Source: Macrostomum lignano (Eukaryota). From it: DNA of 64,000 nt. This document shows, one piece after another, positions 14,301 through 25,571 of this stretch. The number at the start of each line of letters is the position of its first letter. Within the stretch, counting starts at the first letter, position 1. Made by a program: the position numbers and the translations under genes. Location: NCBI GenBank assembly GCA_002269645.1, contig NIVC01001267.1, positions 124,001-188,000 on the forward strand, in the 5' to 3' direction. Under the pieces are notes generated by a model. That model was not told where the DNA came from. It searched no databases and saw only the letters and a list, made by a program, of their open reading frames with translations.

Positions 14301-14944
14301 TGTTGAGGGGATACGAGTAACTGCGGACTTGAATTAGTGAAATATTGTAGTTTGCCGATGTTAATGAAAGTTGTAGACAGCAAGGTGGATACTCGTACCT
14401 GCAGGCTGCTAAGAGTATGACCAGTCTGTTTGCGGGATTAGAAGTGATAGCTAATTTCAGGTTGTTGTGGGGATAACTGCCGATTTCTGGGGGGAGGGGT
14501 TAACTTCAAAGTGTGAAGTTACTAAACTTCTAGAATAGTATAAGTCTTTTAGTAGAAGGTCGGCAGTTCGAGTCTACATTGAAGTAGCGAATTTATCTTT
14601 GTGACAATAATCATTGTTTCCTATGGGGATTCATGCAAATTTTTAACATTTTATTTTGTATACTTATGCTTTTGCTGGGGCTACGCTAAGCTTCAAAAGC
14701 AGCGCTTATCTGCTGTAAGTGCTAATTTGCAAAGGGTATTGCTAATCTGGGTGAGCAGCGCTAATCGGGGAGAGCAGTGCTAATCTGACGCATATAATAA
14801 AATAATACGCTCGTAAATATGTAAGGGAATTAAATTGAACCTGCAAGTTGCAGAAACATTTTAAATGGTTTCGATTATCCAGAAGCAATATAGCCATAAG
14901 CAAAGATTAGTGCAATGTGCAAAACAGTACTGGTGAACGATGAC

Positions 14945-15210
14945 TAAACTGCTGGTGAAGCATTTCTAAACTGCATTGCTGAACTGCTGGTGAAGCATTG
15001 CTAAACTGCATTGCTAAACTGCTGGTGAAGCATTGCTAAACTGCATTGCTAAACTGCTGGTGAAGCATTGCTAAACTGCATTGCTAAACTGCATTGCTAA
15101 ACTGCTGGTGAAACATTGCTAAACTGCATTGCTAAACTGCTGGTGAAGCATTGCTAAACTGCATTGCTAAACTATATTGCTAAACTGCTGGTGAACCATT
15201 GCTAAACTGC
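14945..15210 (+). repeat. Tandem array of GCATTGCTAAACT / GCTGGTGAA subunits (~35-bp period)
   Basis: Direct repeats visible. Confidence 0.92.
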
Positions 15211-15999
15211 AGAAAGCTATAGTGAAATATTGTTTTTTTATTAAAAACTTCTTTTAAAGAGAAGAAAACGCAAAGGCAAGAAAAAAACGAACAAGAATCA
15301 TCATGTCAATTATAAAAGAAGCGCCCTGTCGAAAGTAAAAGTCTCATTGGGAATTGCTAAGACTGTTAAGACTGCTAAGACTATTGCTACGAGCATAATG
15401 CTGGTATGGCAAATTGCTGTGATATATCAATACTCATGGGAGGATTTATAAGATCTCAAGGCACAAGGGAAATTGCTATAATAGTCATTCTGGGGAGAAT
15501 TGCTTTGATTTCAAGGTTCATTTGTGAAATTGCAGAAATAAATTGTTGAAATGCAAGTGCCAAGATATCAGAAGGTATCAAAAGTCACTCATTTTTCAGG
15601 CTCATGGGGAAATTACTAACATTTCCAAAGCTCATTAGGGAATTGCTGAAATTCTGCTGCAGGTTAAGGGTTAGGCTTAGGGTTCAATTATAGAGCGATA
15701 GCCGTGTCAATCATTAATGATCCATCGAGGAATTGCTAAGATTAAATGCTCTTGGGGCGAATTACTTAAATGCTTTGGCTCTACGGGGAATTACTGACAG
15801 GTCAAGGCTTCCGGTGAAATTTAGATTTAAAAGCTTATGAGGAAGTTACTTTAATGCTGAGGCTCAAGGCTCATTGTCGAAATTGCTAACATGCCAAGAT
15901 TTTCTTATGGGTCAGGGTTAGAGGCTTAGGGTCAGTTTTTGTTCAATCATAGATTAACCGCTGTCAACCATCAATTAAAGACTTGCTAAGATATCTAAG

Positions 16000-16680
16000 C
16001 TCATCGGGGAATAGCTGAGTTGTCAAGGCTTATAAGGGGATTGCTGAGTTATCAAGGCTTATAAGGGGATTGCTGAATTCTTGGGAGAGGGGAGTTGGGT
16101 TGTTGGGATGTCAAGGCTAATTACTGCGCTGGGAGAATTGCATAGATGTCGAGGCTGGAGTTTAATTGCTGCGATGTCGAGGCTTAATGGGGTTATTCCT
16201 GAGATGTCAAGGCTTACTGGGGGAATTGCTGAGATGTTAAGGCCTACTGGGGAAATGCTGAGATCTCAAGACTTACTGGGAAAAGTTTTGAGATCTTCAG
16301 AGCTTACGGGGGGAATTGCTGAGATCTCAAGGCTTACTGGGGGAATTACTGAGATGTCAAGGCTTACTGGGGGAATTACTGGGATGTCAAGGCTTACTGG
16401 GGGATTGCTGAGATGTCAAGGCTTACTGGGGAAATGCTGAGATCTCAAGGCTTACTGGGGGAATTGCTGATATGTCAAGGCTAACTGGGGGAATTACTGA
16501 GATGTCAAGGCTTACTGGGGGAATTGCTTTGATGTCAAGGCTTACTGGGGGAATTGCTGAGATCTAAAGGCTTACTGGGATCTCAAGGCTTACTGGGGGA
16601 ATTGCTGAGATCTCAAGGCTTACTGGGGGAATTTCTGAGATCTCAAGGCTTACTGGGGGAATTGCTGAGATGTCAAGGCT
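16000..16680 (+). repeat. ~30-31-bp minisatellite (GGGGAATTGCTGAGATSTCAAGGCTTACTG)
   Basis: About 20 copies, with degenerate copies further upstream. Confidence 0.95.
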
Positions 16681-17859
16681 CATGGACGATGGCTGAATTG
16701 TTGGGGGGTGTTAGGTTGTTAGGCGATTGTCAGATAGTCAGGTAGAACGGCTCAAGTAGCTCATGTAATTCAGATAATGAAAAAGTACACACAAGTGATG
16801 CTGATTTCTGCTAATAGGAAATACCAGCGCATTCATTATAGGTTTGATCCTTTGATTTAGGCTAATATAGAGAGAGGGTCTAAGGGCGTCAGGGATTTGC
16901 ATATTGAGCTCCTGCTGCGGATCAGAATATGCCCCGGCCATTGACGATATCCATCAAGAGTTTGTGCTTGAAAGGATAAGCACTATTTGCTGATTTAGAA
17001 AGGGTTTTGGGCTGATGAAGGAAACTTTTTTGGCTAATGAAAGTTTGGATTAATGGCAATTTATTTCTGCCAAAATGAGAAAAGGTAATTTTTGATTAAT
17101 GGAAATCAATATTTTGGACGATTATAGTAAAGTTACTCTTATGCAAAAATAAAAACCAATTAGTGTCATTTTCAAGGCTCCCCAGCGGGGGGCTAAATGG
17201 CTAGTTCCAATATACTAAAAATGGTCTGTTTGTGTCTATCTATCTATCTATGTGATCGATTAGAGAAAAAATGGCTGGACTGATTTTGTTCGAACTTGCA
17301 CTGTTCGATCAGAAATTTTCCCGTGACTGTACATGCATCGTGGCTAAGAAATTGCTCGATGCTAAAGGCATTAAATATTCAAAAAACATGCTTTTTTGCA
17401 AAGGTCAAGCAAACTTTCCGACTTTAAATGCATTGTAAGAATAAGTCGGAGTTGTAAGTCGGAGTTACAATTCAAAACTGACTGGTTGAATTCTGATTCT
17501 GAAATAGATTGCATCATAACTGAATTGGAACTCCGACTTGAATTGAAAATGCAGTGTGGAAGCGTAGCACCAGATTTGATTTAAATTGCGTAACCATATT
17601 GTTAACTGATACTGACTGACTGAGAAACTGATTATGTCATAACTGCTTCGTATGATTTACTCTATGCTTGGATTTTAAAGTGTTGAATTATATAAGTGCA
17701 AAATTTGATGTTATCAAAACGATGAGAGCTAGCCTAGAGGTGAAAAAAGTGAACTGCTAAATGCAGCGACGATGGTTCGAATTTTCATAGAGTATAATTT
17801 TTTTAATTAAAGCTTTTCAACGTCAGGAAAACTAAAGGACTTTTTAAAAAGAAGCGTCA

Positions 17860-18155
17860 TGTAAAAATCATAGAAGCGTCATGTAAACAATCAGAAGCGT
17901 CATGTAAAAAATCATAGAAGCGTCATGTAAACAATCATAAAAGCGTCAAAAAAAATCATAGAAGCGTCATATAAAAATCATAGAAGCGACATGAAAAAAT
18001 CAAAAAAGCGTCATGTAAAAATCATAGAAGTGTCATGTAAACAATCATAGAAGCGTCATGTAAAAAATCATAGAAGCGTCATGTGAACAATCATAGAAGC
18101 GTCATGCAAACAATCATAGAAGCGTCATGTAAAAATCATAGAAGCGTCATGTAAA
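17860..18155 (+). repeat. ~21-22-bp minisatellite (AATCATAGAAGCGTCATGTAAA)
   Basis: About 13 copies; degenerate copies recur at 19030-19120. Confidence 0.93.
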
Positions 18156-18159
18156 AATG

Positions 18160-18572
18160 ACGCTTCTTAAAGTGTTGACCCATCCGCTGCCCAACTCGCG
18201 GGCATTCGGCGCACATAAGAAGTCCTAGTCTAGAGTTGCGCGCATTTTTTGCTATGCGCGCTTCAAGCGCTGCCAGACCAGCGATCGCAGATCTTCGAAT
18301 CGGGTGGGCCTCACGATGGACCGCGATTAGGTGAGTGCGCAGATTTTCGGAGCGCAGGTCAGTCGCCCCACACAGTGGGCATGACCTATACTCACCGTGC
18401 CCAGTAGAAGAACCCTTTGGGCCACGTTCTCGCCGACCGCGACCAGCAGTTACAGCGCCGCGCACGTCCTGGTCGTCGTCCTCACTGTCGTTGTCAAAAT
18501 TAAAAAGATTATCGATTAACTCTGAAACCTCGGAATACTCGATCCGGATGTCATCAGGCTATGCTGCAGCCA
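18160..18572 (-). pseudogene. Truncated double C2H2 zinc-finger gene remnant
   Basis: CPLC...RSENLRTHLIAVH and CAEC...MGQHFKKRH. The upstream ATG is followed by a stop and a frameshift, and the 3' end is cut by the minisatellite. Confidence 0.7.
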
Positions 18573-18911
18573 TTGTTGTTCAGAGGAGGTAAACTGGTCT
18601 ATATTCGCGAAAAATATTCAACTGAATCGAAGTAGAATGTATCAAAATTTAAACTAAGCTGACAGTCTTATGTTAGTGAAGGTAAAGTAAATTGGCATAA
18701 AGACGCCAGATGGGGTTGAGTGCTGCATAAATTCTGGTTTTGTAGGAGGTTAATACACAATTTAGGAGCCTTGTACACTTTATAGAAGCCGCATACACTT
18801 TATAGGAGCCGTATACAGTTATTAGGAGCCGTATACACCACCTCAGGAGGTTTGTACACTTAGTAGGAGATTGATACACTTTGTAGGATTAACATACACC
18901 AAAAAGTAGTG

Positions 18912-18992
18912 TTAGGGTTAGGGTTAAGGTTAGGGTTAGGGTTAGGGTTAGGGTTATTGCGTTAAGATTCGGATTAGGGTTAGGGTTAGGGT
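18912..18992 (+). repeat. Interstitial (TTAGGG)n telomere-like tracts
   Basis: About 7 + 3 copies; more at ~19157-19180. Confidence 0.9.
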
Positions 18993-19419
18993 AGCTTATA
19001 ACTTAGCTCATGTAGCTTATTAAAAATGTTTATCATGGAAGCATCATGCAAAAATAATGGAATCGTCATGCAAAAACAATGGAAGCGTCATGCCAAAAAT
19101 CATAGAAGCATCGATCATGGAAAAACTCATGGACAAAATATTGAATTTAGGGTTTTGGTTAGGGTTAGGGTTAGGGTTAGAAGTTTGACAGGAGTTATTT
19201 TAAGATTTCAAGGCTACATGTAGCTTATTAAAAAAAACGTGTATTGCATTTCTTTGGCTCCCCAACGGGGGGCGTAGATTGCTAGTCTGTTTGCTATATT
19301 TATATGCATTTTTGGCTTCCAAATGGGCCCCAGTCAAATTTCACAGCCATATATTTTCCATGTGTTTTCAGTAGCTGATGAAACCATCAAGACAGTGTTC
19401 GCTTCTATATCTTTATGCG

Positions 19420-19985
19420 CATGCAACTTGGCTGCAGAGCGACTGATATTTATACTGATCTGGTGAATGTTTTAGCTAACTCCGCTCCATCATTTGACAC
19501 AGTTGCCCGCTGGATGCGCCATTTCTCGGAAGGTCGGGACAGCTTCAACGATTAACCGAGGTCAGGCCGACCCCGGACATCCGTAGCCGAAGATGTCGTG
19601 GCCCGTGCCGATGCAATAATTCGTGAGGATCGGAGCATTACGCTGTGATTCCTTGCCTATGAGCTTGGTGTCAGCTATGGAAGTGCGCATAACATCAGGA
19701 ATGAGCAACTGGGCCGCACAAAGACCTGCGCTCGGTGGGTACCCCATCTTCTCACTCCGGAGCAGCAAGCAGAGAGGGTGCGCATCTGTCGCTTGTGGCT
19801 GCAAATGTTTGAGCCCCACGGCCCACGACGACTGTCGGATGTCATCACTGGAGACGAATGTTGGATCTCCTTTACCATGAAGGATAAGCAGGCTGGCAGA
19901 AGCAGCAGGCAGGCTAGCAGCCTAGGCCCGAGGTGCTAAAGACCGGATTCCGCAGTTGGAGGTGGATGTTCACCATTGTTTAAAC
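19420..19985 (+). pseudogene. mariner transposase 5' fragment with in-frame stops
   Basis: Manual translation: SFDTVARWMRHFSEGRDSFND*PRSGRP...CARWVPHLLTPEQQAERV...VITGDECW. Confidence 0.85.
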
Positions 19986-20249
19986 TCTCCGCGAATCCGC
20001 GAATGCGCTTGTAGGTAATAAAATGAGTTGCAAACAATTTGCAGCAAGAGACAGGAATTTAGCTTGAAAAACCACTTCTGTTTTTCTACTTGTCTTGTAC
20101 GGCTGACAACTAGCGTCCGTCCTGTCCACTCCTCCCATGCTTTGATCATAGTCCAGAGCTGTCTGCGCCTTCAGCAGCTGCTGCTCCTGACCGCCTCGCT
20201 GAGCCCTTGTAACTTGCACACAGTTGGCCGTGCCAGCACTGTCTAGCAT
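19980..20249 (-). pseudogene. piggyBac transposase fragment
   Basis: LDYDQSMGGVDRTD..QPYKTSRKT matches the piggyBac DYN..MGGVD..D motif around the third catalytic Asp. Confidence 0.75.
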
Positions 20250-21596
20250 GTAGACGGTCTTTAGACCAGAGACTAGGCTCGCCGATCCACTATCTCACGG
20301 CAAGCAGATCCCCACGCCTAGAAAATGTGTTGAATGGTGGGTGCAACACCTGCTGCTTCAATGCAGCTTTCATTTTTAATTAGCGTAGCAGCCCTGTATG
20401 CTCTGGCGTTTGTCCAGTCGCACAAGCTTTGCAGAGAACGTATTAAACTATTGCATTCGTGACTGCGATAACCAAAAAAATTGTCTATGGCGAGCATAGA
20501 GATTTCTGGATTTCTATGCTTGCAATATGTTCTTCTCATTTCAATACGCAGGGTGAATAAGATGAATATACGAGGCAATACCTGTCTATGGTAAAACTTT
20601 TGAATTCGGTTTGTCCATGGATGAAGGAATACACTGGATTGCTCATCTGAAATAGTCTATGGTCGAGTTCTTTCCTCCAAACTTGGAATTTACCCCCATA
20701 GGAAAGGCTGATGAAAGTTAAAAGTAATCTCCCGTAGGACTTGATTGGATGCTGAATCAGTCCATCAAATACATCTTTGGATTTCCCTCTAATTTTCAGC
20801 AGCTAGACATGCTTGTAGGTAGAAAAGCCTAAATAAAGCATCACGCTGTTGCCTGCGGACGTCTCACCGGCCCTGATCATTAATCACAAAGAGACTGGAA
20901 TGGGCGACCGGTCTGAGCCTTAACTGGTTTTGTTTTTTATTTAGTAGCGAGGGTTGAAATTACATCTCCTATTGCTGTCTGGGATAATCATCTTGGGGCA
21001 AGGATCTTCCTCCTTAACACTAAGGTTGAAGTGAAAATGAATGTTACCGACTTTAAACGACCACTGTTCGTTATCGGAGCAGTACATAACTATCAAGATG
21101 TCGATTATTAATATAGCTAGCTCTAGGTGCATAAAATTCCTAAATTATGAATGGAGGAATCTAGCACGCTGACGAGTGCGTCAATGGCTTTGACCATTGA
21201 CGCACATTGAAGCCATTGAAGCCATTGACGCACAAGTCAAAGTGCTTGATTCCCATTCTTATTTGATCCAACATGTGTGGCTAAAGTAGACAAGGGTGGT
21301 GCTGGGGGTGTGGAGTTTGACTTGAACCATAGACAAAATATGCGCGAGCTAGTCTGAACATTCTTGCACGATGTAAAGAAGATTATGCTTGTAGTCTATG
21401 GCTGTTTTTCTACTCGTAAATATAGAAACATTGCGCATTACATTCTTGCACGATTGACATTCCTGCACGGAGTGCACATGTAAATTCAAGGTGCTTTTAC
21501 CATAGACACTTGCATTTCTGCACGCATATGGCGACTTCCAAAGCATTCTTGAACGCTGGATCAAGAAAGAATTAATAATTATGGTCGCTCGGTGCA

Positions 21597-21917
21597 GCAG
21601 ACACTCGGTGCAGCAGATACACGGTGCAGCAGATACACTCGGTGCAGGAGAGACACTCGGTGCAGCAGATACACTCGGTGCAGCAGAGACACTCGGTGCA
21701 GCAGATACACTCGGTGCAGCAGATACACTCGGTGCAGCAGAGACTTTCAGTGCAGCAGATACACTCGGTGCAGCAGAGACACTCGGTGCAGCAGATACAC
21801 TCGGTGCAGCAGAGACACTCGGTGCAGCAGATACACTCGGTGCAGCAGATACACTCGGTGCAGCAGATACACTCGGTGCAGCAGATACACTCGGTGCAGC
21901 AGATATACTCGGTGCAT
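21597..21917 (+). repeat. 18-bp minisatellite (GGTGCAGCAGATACACTC)
   Basis: About 18 copies. Confidence 0.97.
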
Positions 21918-21974
21918 AGATACTTAATGAGGCAGAGACGATCAGTTCAGGAGAGATATTAAAGGCAGAGCACC

Positions 21975-22280
21975 AAGTGCGCGCAACTGACTGGTTGGCA
22001 CAGCACCTGGCTTCAATAACCTTCTATAACCGCAAGCCAGTTTTCTCTGTGGAACTGTCGTGAAGGAGTCGGCGGCGAAGTGCTTGTCGCAAAGAAATGT
22101 GTTTCTGGTTGGCTTGAACTTTGGCGATGTTTTTATACTCACCAGTCATTCAGAGAGCTGATCGATGAATTTAACAGGAAAAGCAAAAAAATAATCGGGC
22201 TGCCGTCCTCATTTTTGTCGCCGGTCTTGGATTTGCAGTCCAAGGCAGTGCAGTGGCGCTTTGCCATTACCAGTGAAAGC
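21975..22280 (-). pseudogene. THAP zinc-finger domain remnant (frameshifted)
   Basis: MAKRHCTALDC...F.FP...W...FLCDKHF...RLLKPGAVPT, i.e. the C2CH THAP signature plus the AVPT box. Confidence 0.75.
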
Positions 22281-23079
22281 TGACGGAACAAAACGACAAA
22301 GGCAGAATAGAATAAATTAATGACACACAGCTCTCATTGAAAAGGAAACCTTATATGCACCCTTCTCTCTGCAGCTCGTCTGCTTTGATACATACTGCTA
22401 CAATATTCTATGAAAACACTCAAAGTCAAACTCACACCCCGATCTTCGAATTCCCCCTGACTGATTCAGCAGCCAGTCAAGTCATACGGGGAATTATTTT
22501 TAACTTTCATCAGCCAACAGGGGTAAATTCCAAGTTTGGAGGAAAGAACTCGACCATAGACTATTTCAGATGAGCAATCCAGTGTATTCCTTCATCCATG
22601 GTTTTGTAGATGTAAAGCTCTCACACCTATCCTGGCCTGCTTCTGGAAGTGGCTGGAAGCTATTTTTAGCAGACTCTGACAACTCGATCTGCTAGCCATA
22701 TGAGCTCGTGTATGTAGCTAGAATTATAATGCAAGCAACTTATACCGATATTTTCACCCCATCACACTACTTCCTACTGATGCCTACCAACGTTTCAATT
22801 TTTTGACAGCCCTATGAGAGGGAGTGGGGTGAAAACTTGATCTGGCAGAAGTTTTCAGCTTTTAAATCTATGGCAGCAGAGCTGCTACATGAGGCTATCG
22901 GGTGAGCAAAAATAGACGCGGGAGGCTAATGGTTAATTAAGAGTAAAAATACGTGACCGAATAATTCTACAATTTTCAAGTTTATCTGTGAGGGCATACC
23001 TAAAGGCTTCCTAATCAGCGCACCAGAAGCTCTTGGTCGTTAATGGGCCAACTTAGAGTTGGGATCTAGATAAACTTTA

Positions 23080-23700
23080 GTAACTATTGGGAAGTGATCA
23101 CTGTCGATGTCATAACCTACCAGCACCTCACTAACAAGCTGAACAAGTTTGGGAGAGCAAATTCATAGTTCTAACGCGTTCACTCCCCTATAGTTAATCA
23201 CCAGATACCAGGGACCAAAGATCACCAAAGGAATTGAAGATCGCAGGAGGGCCATGGTGGTGTTCCAGCCGTTCAATTAACTGTTTCCCGGGGAAATTGT
23301 TAGCGCTGTCACTGCCCAGGATGGAATGCCGACAGTTCAGATCCCCCATGAGAATTTATTTGGGCTAAGCAAGCAGGTGCTCTAGGATGTCCAAATTAAG
23401 CCTATCAGGGGTGGAGGCCCTATACAGTAGAGACACCTGCATGATATCGATGGTTTTATTGTTAAGGTGGACATTAAAACAAATTCATAGTTGGAGTTGT
23501 CAAAGTATTTGTTAACGCCTGAGATTTAGGGTGTTAAAATAGGCAACTGCCAGTCTTCTGCGACACTCAGGTACATCGTACCTGATGATGGCGTACCCTT
23601 GGACAAAAAACGTTATTTTTGTTAGGATGAGTTTCAGAAAGAGAACAATGTCTATTTCCTCATTATACAGCCACGTTTTAATCTCAGATTTTGTTGCTCA
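23080..23700 (-). pseudogene. AP endonuclease of a non-LTR retrotransposon ORF2 (decayed)
   Basis: Minus-strand manual translation gives IDIV..(S)ETH, ILMGDLNCRHS and IDSDHFPIV motifs. Confidence 0.8.
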
Positions 23701-24408
23701 GCTTATTACAGTTAATGTTCCCAATGTTGAGGGACAGTTAAAATTAGGGTGGCCAGAGGTGGTATCAGGGATCGTTTGTATTATTAATAGCCATTGCGAA
23801 TGAAAAAAAAATTATTTAAAGTCAGTTCAGAACTCGGTTCCGCACACCGAGGTGACTTCAACTTCACCTACCTTGACTGCGGGCTCTCTTGGGCACAAGA
23901 AGTCGCCAGAAATTCACTCAATATACGGGCTGCAAGCTGGCTTGCTTCCCATGCAGTAAGCGATTTACCCGGATTGATCTCCTTAAGCCTGTTGAGGGCC
24001 CTCAGAACTATCTCCAGGACCTCACTTTGGGAAAAACCCTGCTCACCACTTGCCGAGTTCGCAGTCTTGGTAGCAGGCGCAGTTTGGGTGGTCGCAGGAT
24101 CGCTACGCTCAACCCACTGACCTAGTACCACAGACCAATAAGTATAACTAGACTGCGCATCCAGCATTGCTTGCCTGGGCTCGTTTTTTGACAAAATGAC
24201 AAAGCAAAAAATGGTCCTCTCTACCCCAGCCCAAAACGATCGATATTTTTGGCTTGGGGAAGACTGGCCCTTCTTCAGCTGTCTGCACTCTGCCCTTTTT
24301 TAAATTCACATATATATTAATGCGGCTTGGGGACCACAATAGCAATGCTATACTAACTTTAAACAACTAAGCAAAGTTATTAAAAAATTAATAATTTCTC
24401 AAAACGAA

Positions 24409-25571
24409 ATGGAAGAACAACCTGAATCTTCTAAATTGCCGAGGAAAAGAAAAGGAAATTACGGCAGCTTTTGCTGCGCTGCTGGCTGCTCAAACAATTC
24501 AGCAATGTCTTTGGCAGGAGTGTCCTTTCATACTTTTCCAAAGGACAAGGAAATAAGGAAAAAGTGGCTGATAGCGCTGAGAAGAAAAGATTTTGAGCCA
24601 TCGCCATCCACGCAAGTCTGCTCAATGCATTTTGAGGAATCTTGCTTCAAAGAGCAATTTGCAGGCTTTCTGCCTAGCGTCAAAAGACGGCTATATCCAA
24701 ATGCCGTTCCTTCCATCTTCCCGGCGTTCCCTGACCATCTGCAGCCGAAAGCTGAGAAGAAACGGAAGACTGCCACCGCGACCGCAGCTCGCGAAGTTGA
24801 TTTCGCTGCATTTTGTAAATCAACAGAGAGCAGCGAGCCGGAAGCTCCAGTGGCTGCCAAGGAAGATGAAGATCCTGGACCGGACATCCATGTTAACTGC
24901 GTGCCCAGAGAAGAATTCGACAAGAAGGTGAGAGCACTTAAAAATCTTCGGCACATATACAGAAGGCTTCTATCTACTCATAGCCGGTTCAAAAAAGTGC
25001 AAAGGCTGTTAAAATCTTAAGGCGGTCACTCCAGAGCAAGTACCTCAAAATTCGATCACTGCGCTCAAAGAATAGGCAAATTAAACAAAGAGCCAAGACC
25101 CTGAAAGATGTGATTCGAGAGTTAAGGGCCAAATGTATTTTGAATGAAGCTGCTGCATCTCAGCTGAACTTCTTGACTTCCGATTCACTGCTTAGCAGCA
25201 TTTTGCCAAGCAAGATTACTAAGAGGACAAGAATATTCTCCCACGAAGTGCGGAAATTCGCCTCCACATTGCACTTTTACAGCCCGAAGGCCTATGCGTA
25301 TGTGAGACAGTACTTTCAGCTTCCGCATCCAGCTTCGCTTAGAAGATGGCTCTCGAATGCGAAATGCTTTCCAGGATTTTGTGACCAAGCCTTTCAGGAA
25401 CTTTCTCGACGACGCAGCTCCAATGATGACCGATCCTTCGACTACTGCAACGTTGTAGCTGATGAAATGTCACTGGAAGCGATGGTTGAGTGGAATTCAA
25501 ATAAAGGCAGGTTCTTTGGCTATGTTGACAAAGGCGATGACAAGTCAACTGATCAGGAGGCAACTTCAGCA
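24409..25571 (+). pseudogene. P-element/THAP9-like transposase, 5' part (THAP + coiled coil + start of catalytic domain)
   Basis: THAP CCAAGC..SFHTFP..W..CSMHF..AVPSIF (24409-25020); FASTLHFYSPKAYAYVR..LPHPASLRRWL..PGF..VVADEMSL (25110-25571). It resumes after the insertion as ALVVMAVGLKSYWKLPLRYY (27588-27650). Confidence 0.9.

Larger units (their letters stand above)
12674..17204 (+). mobile_element. Non-autonomous Helitron-like element with internal tandem arrays (5' end approximate)
   Basis: 3' GC hairpin GCTCCCC-AGC-GGGGGGC (17177-17193) followed by CTAG (17201-17204). Internal 13460-13640 matches 53350-53520 of another copy. The 5' segment is duplicated (12715-12900 vs 13085-13250). 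Confidence 0.6.
17206..19285 (+). mobile_element. Non-autonomous Helitron-like element, head-to-tail with the preceding one
   Basis: 5' TCCAATATACTAAAAATG (same as 53004) followed by a microsatellite. 3' hairpin GCTCCCC-AAC-GGGGGGC then CTAG|T at 19282-19286. Confidence 0.72.
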
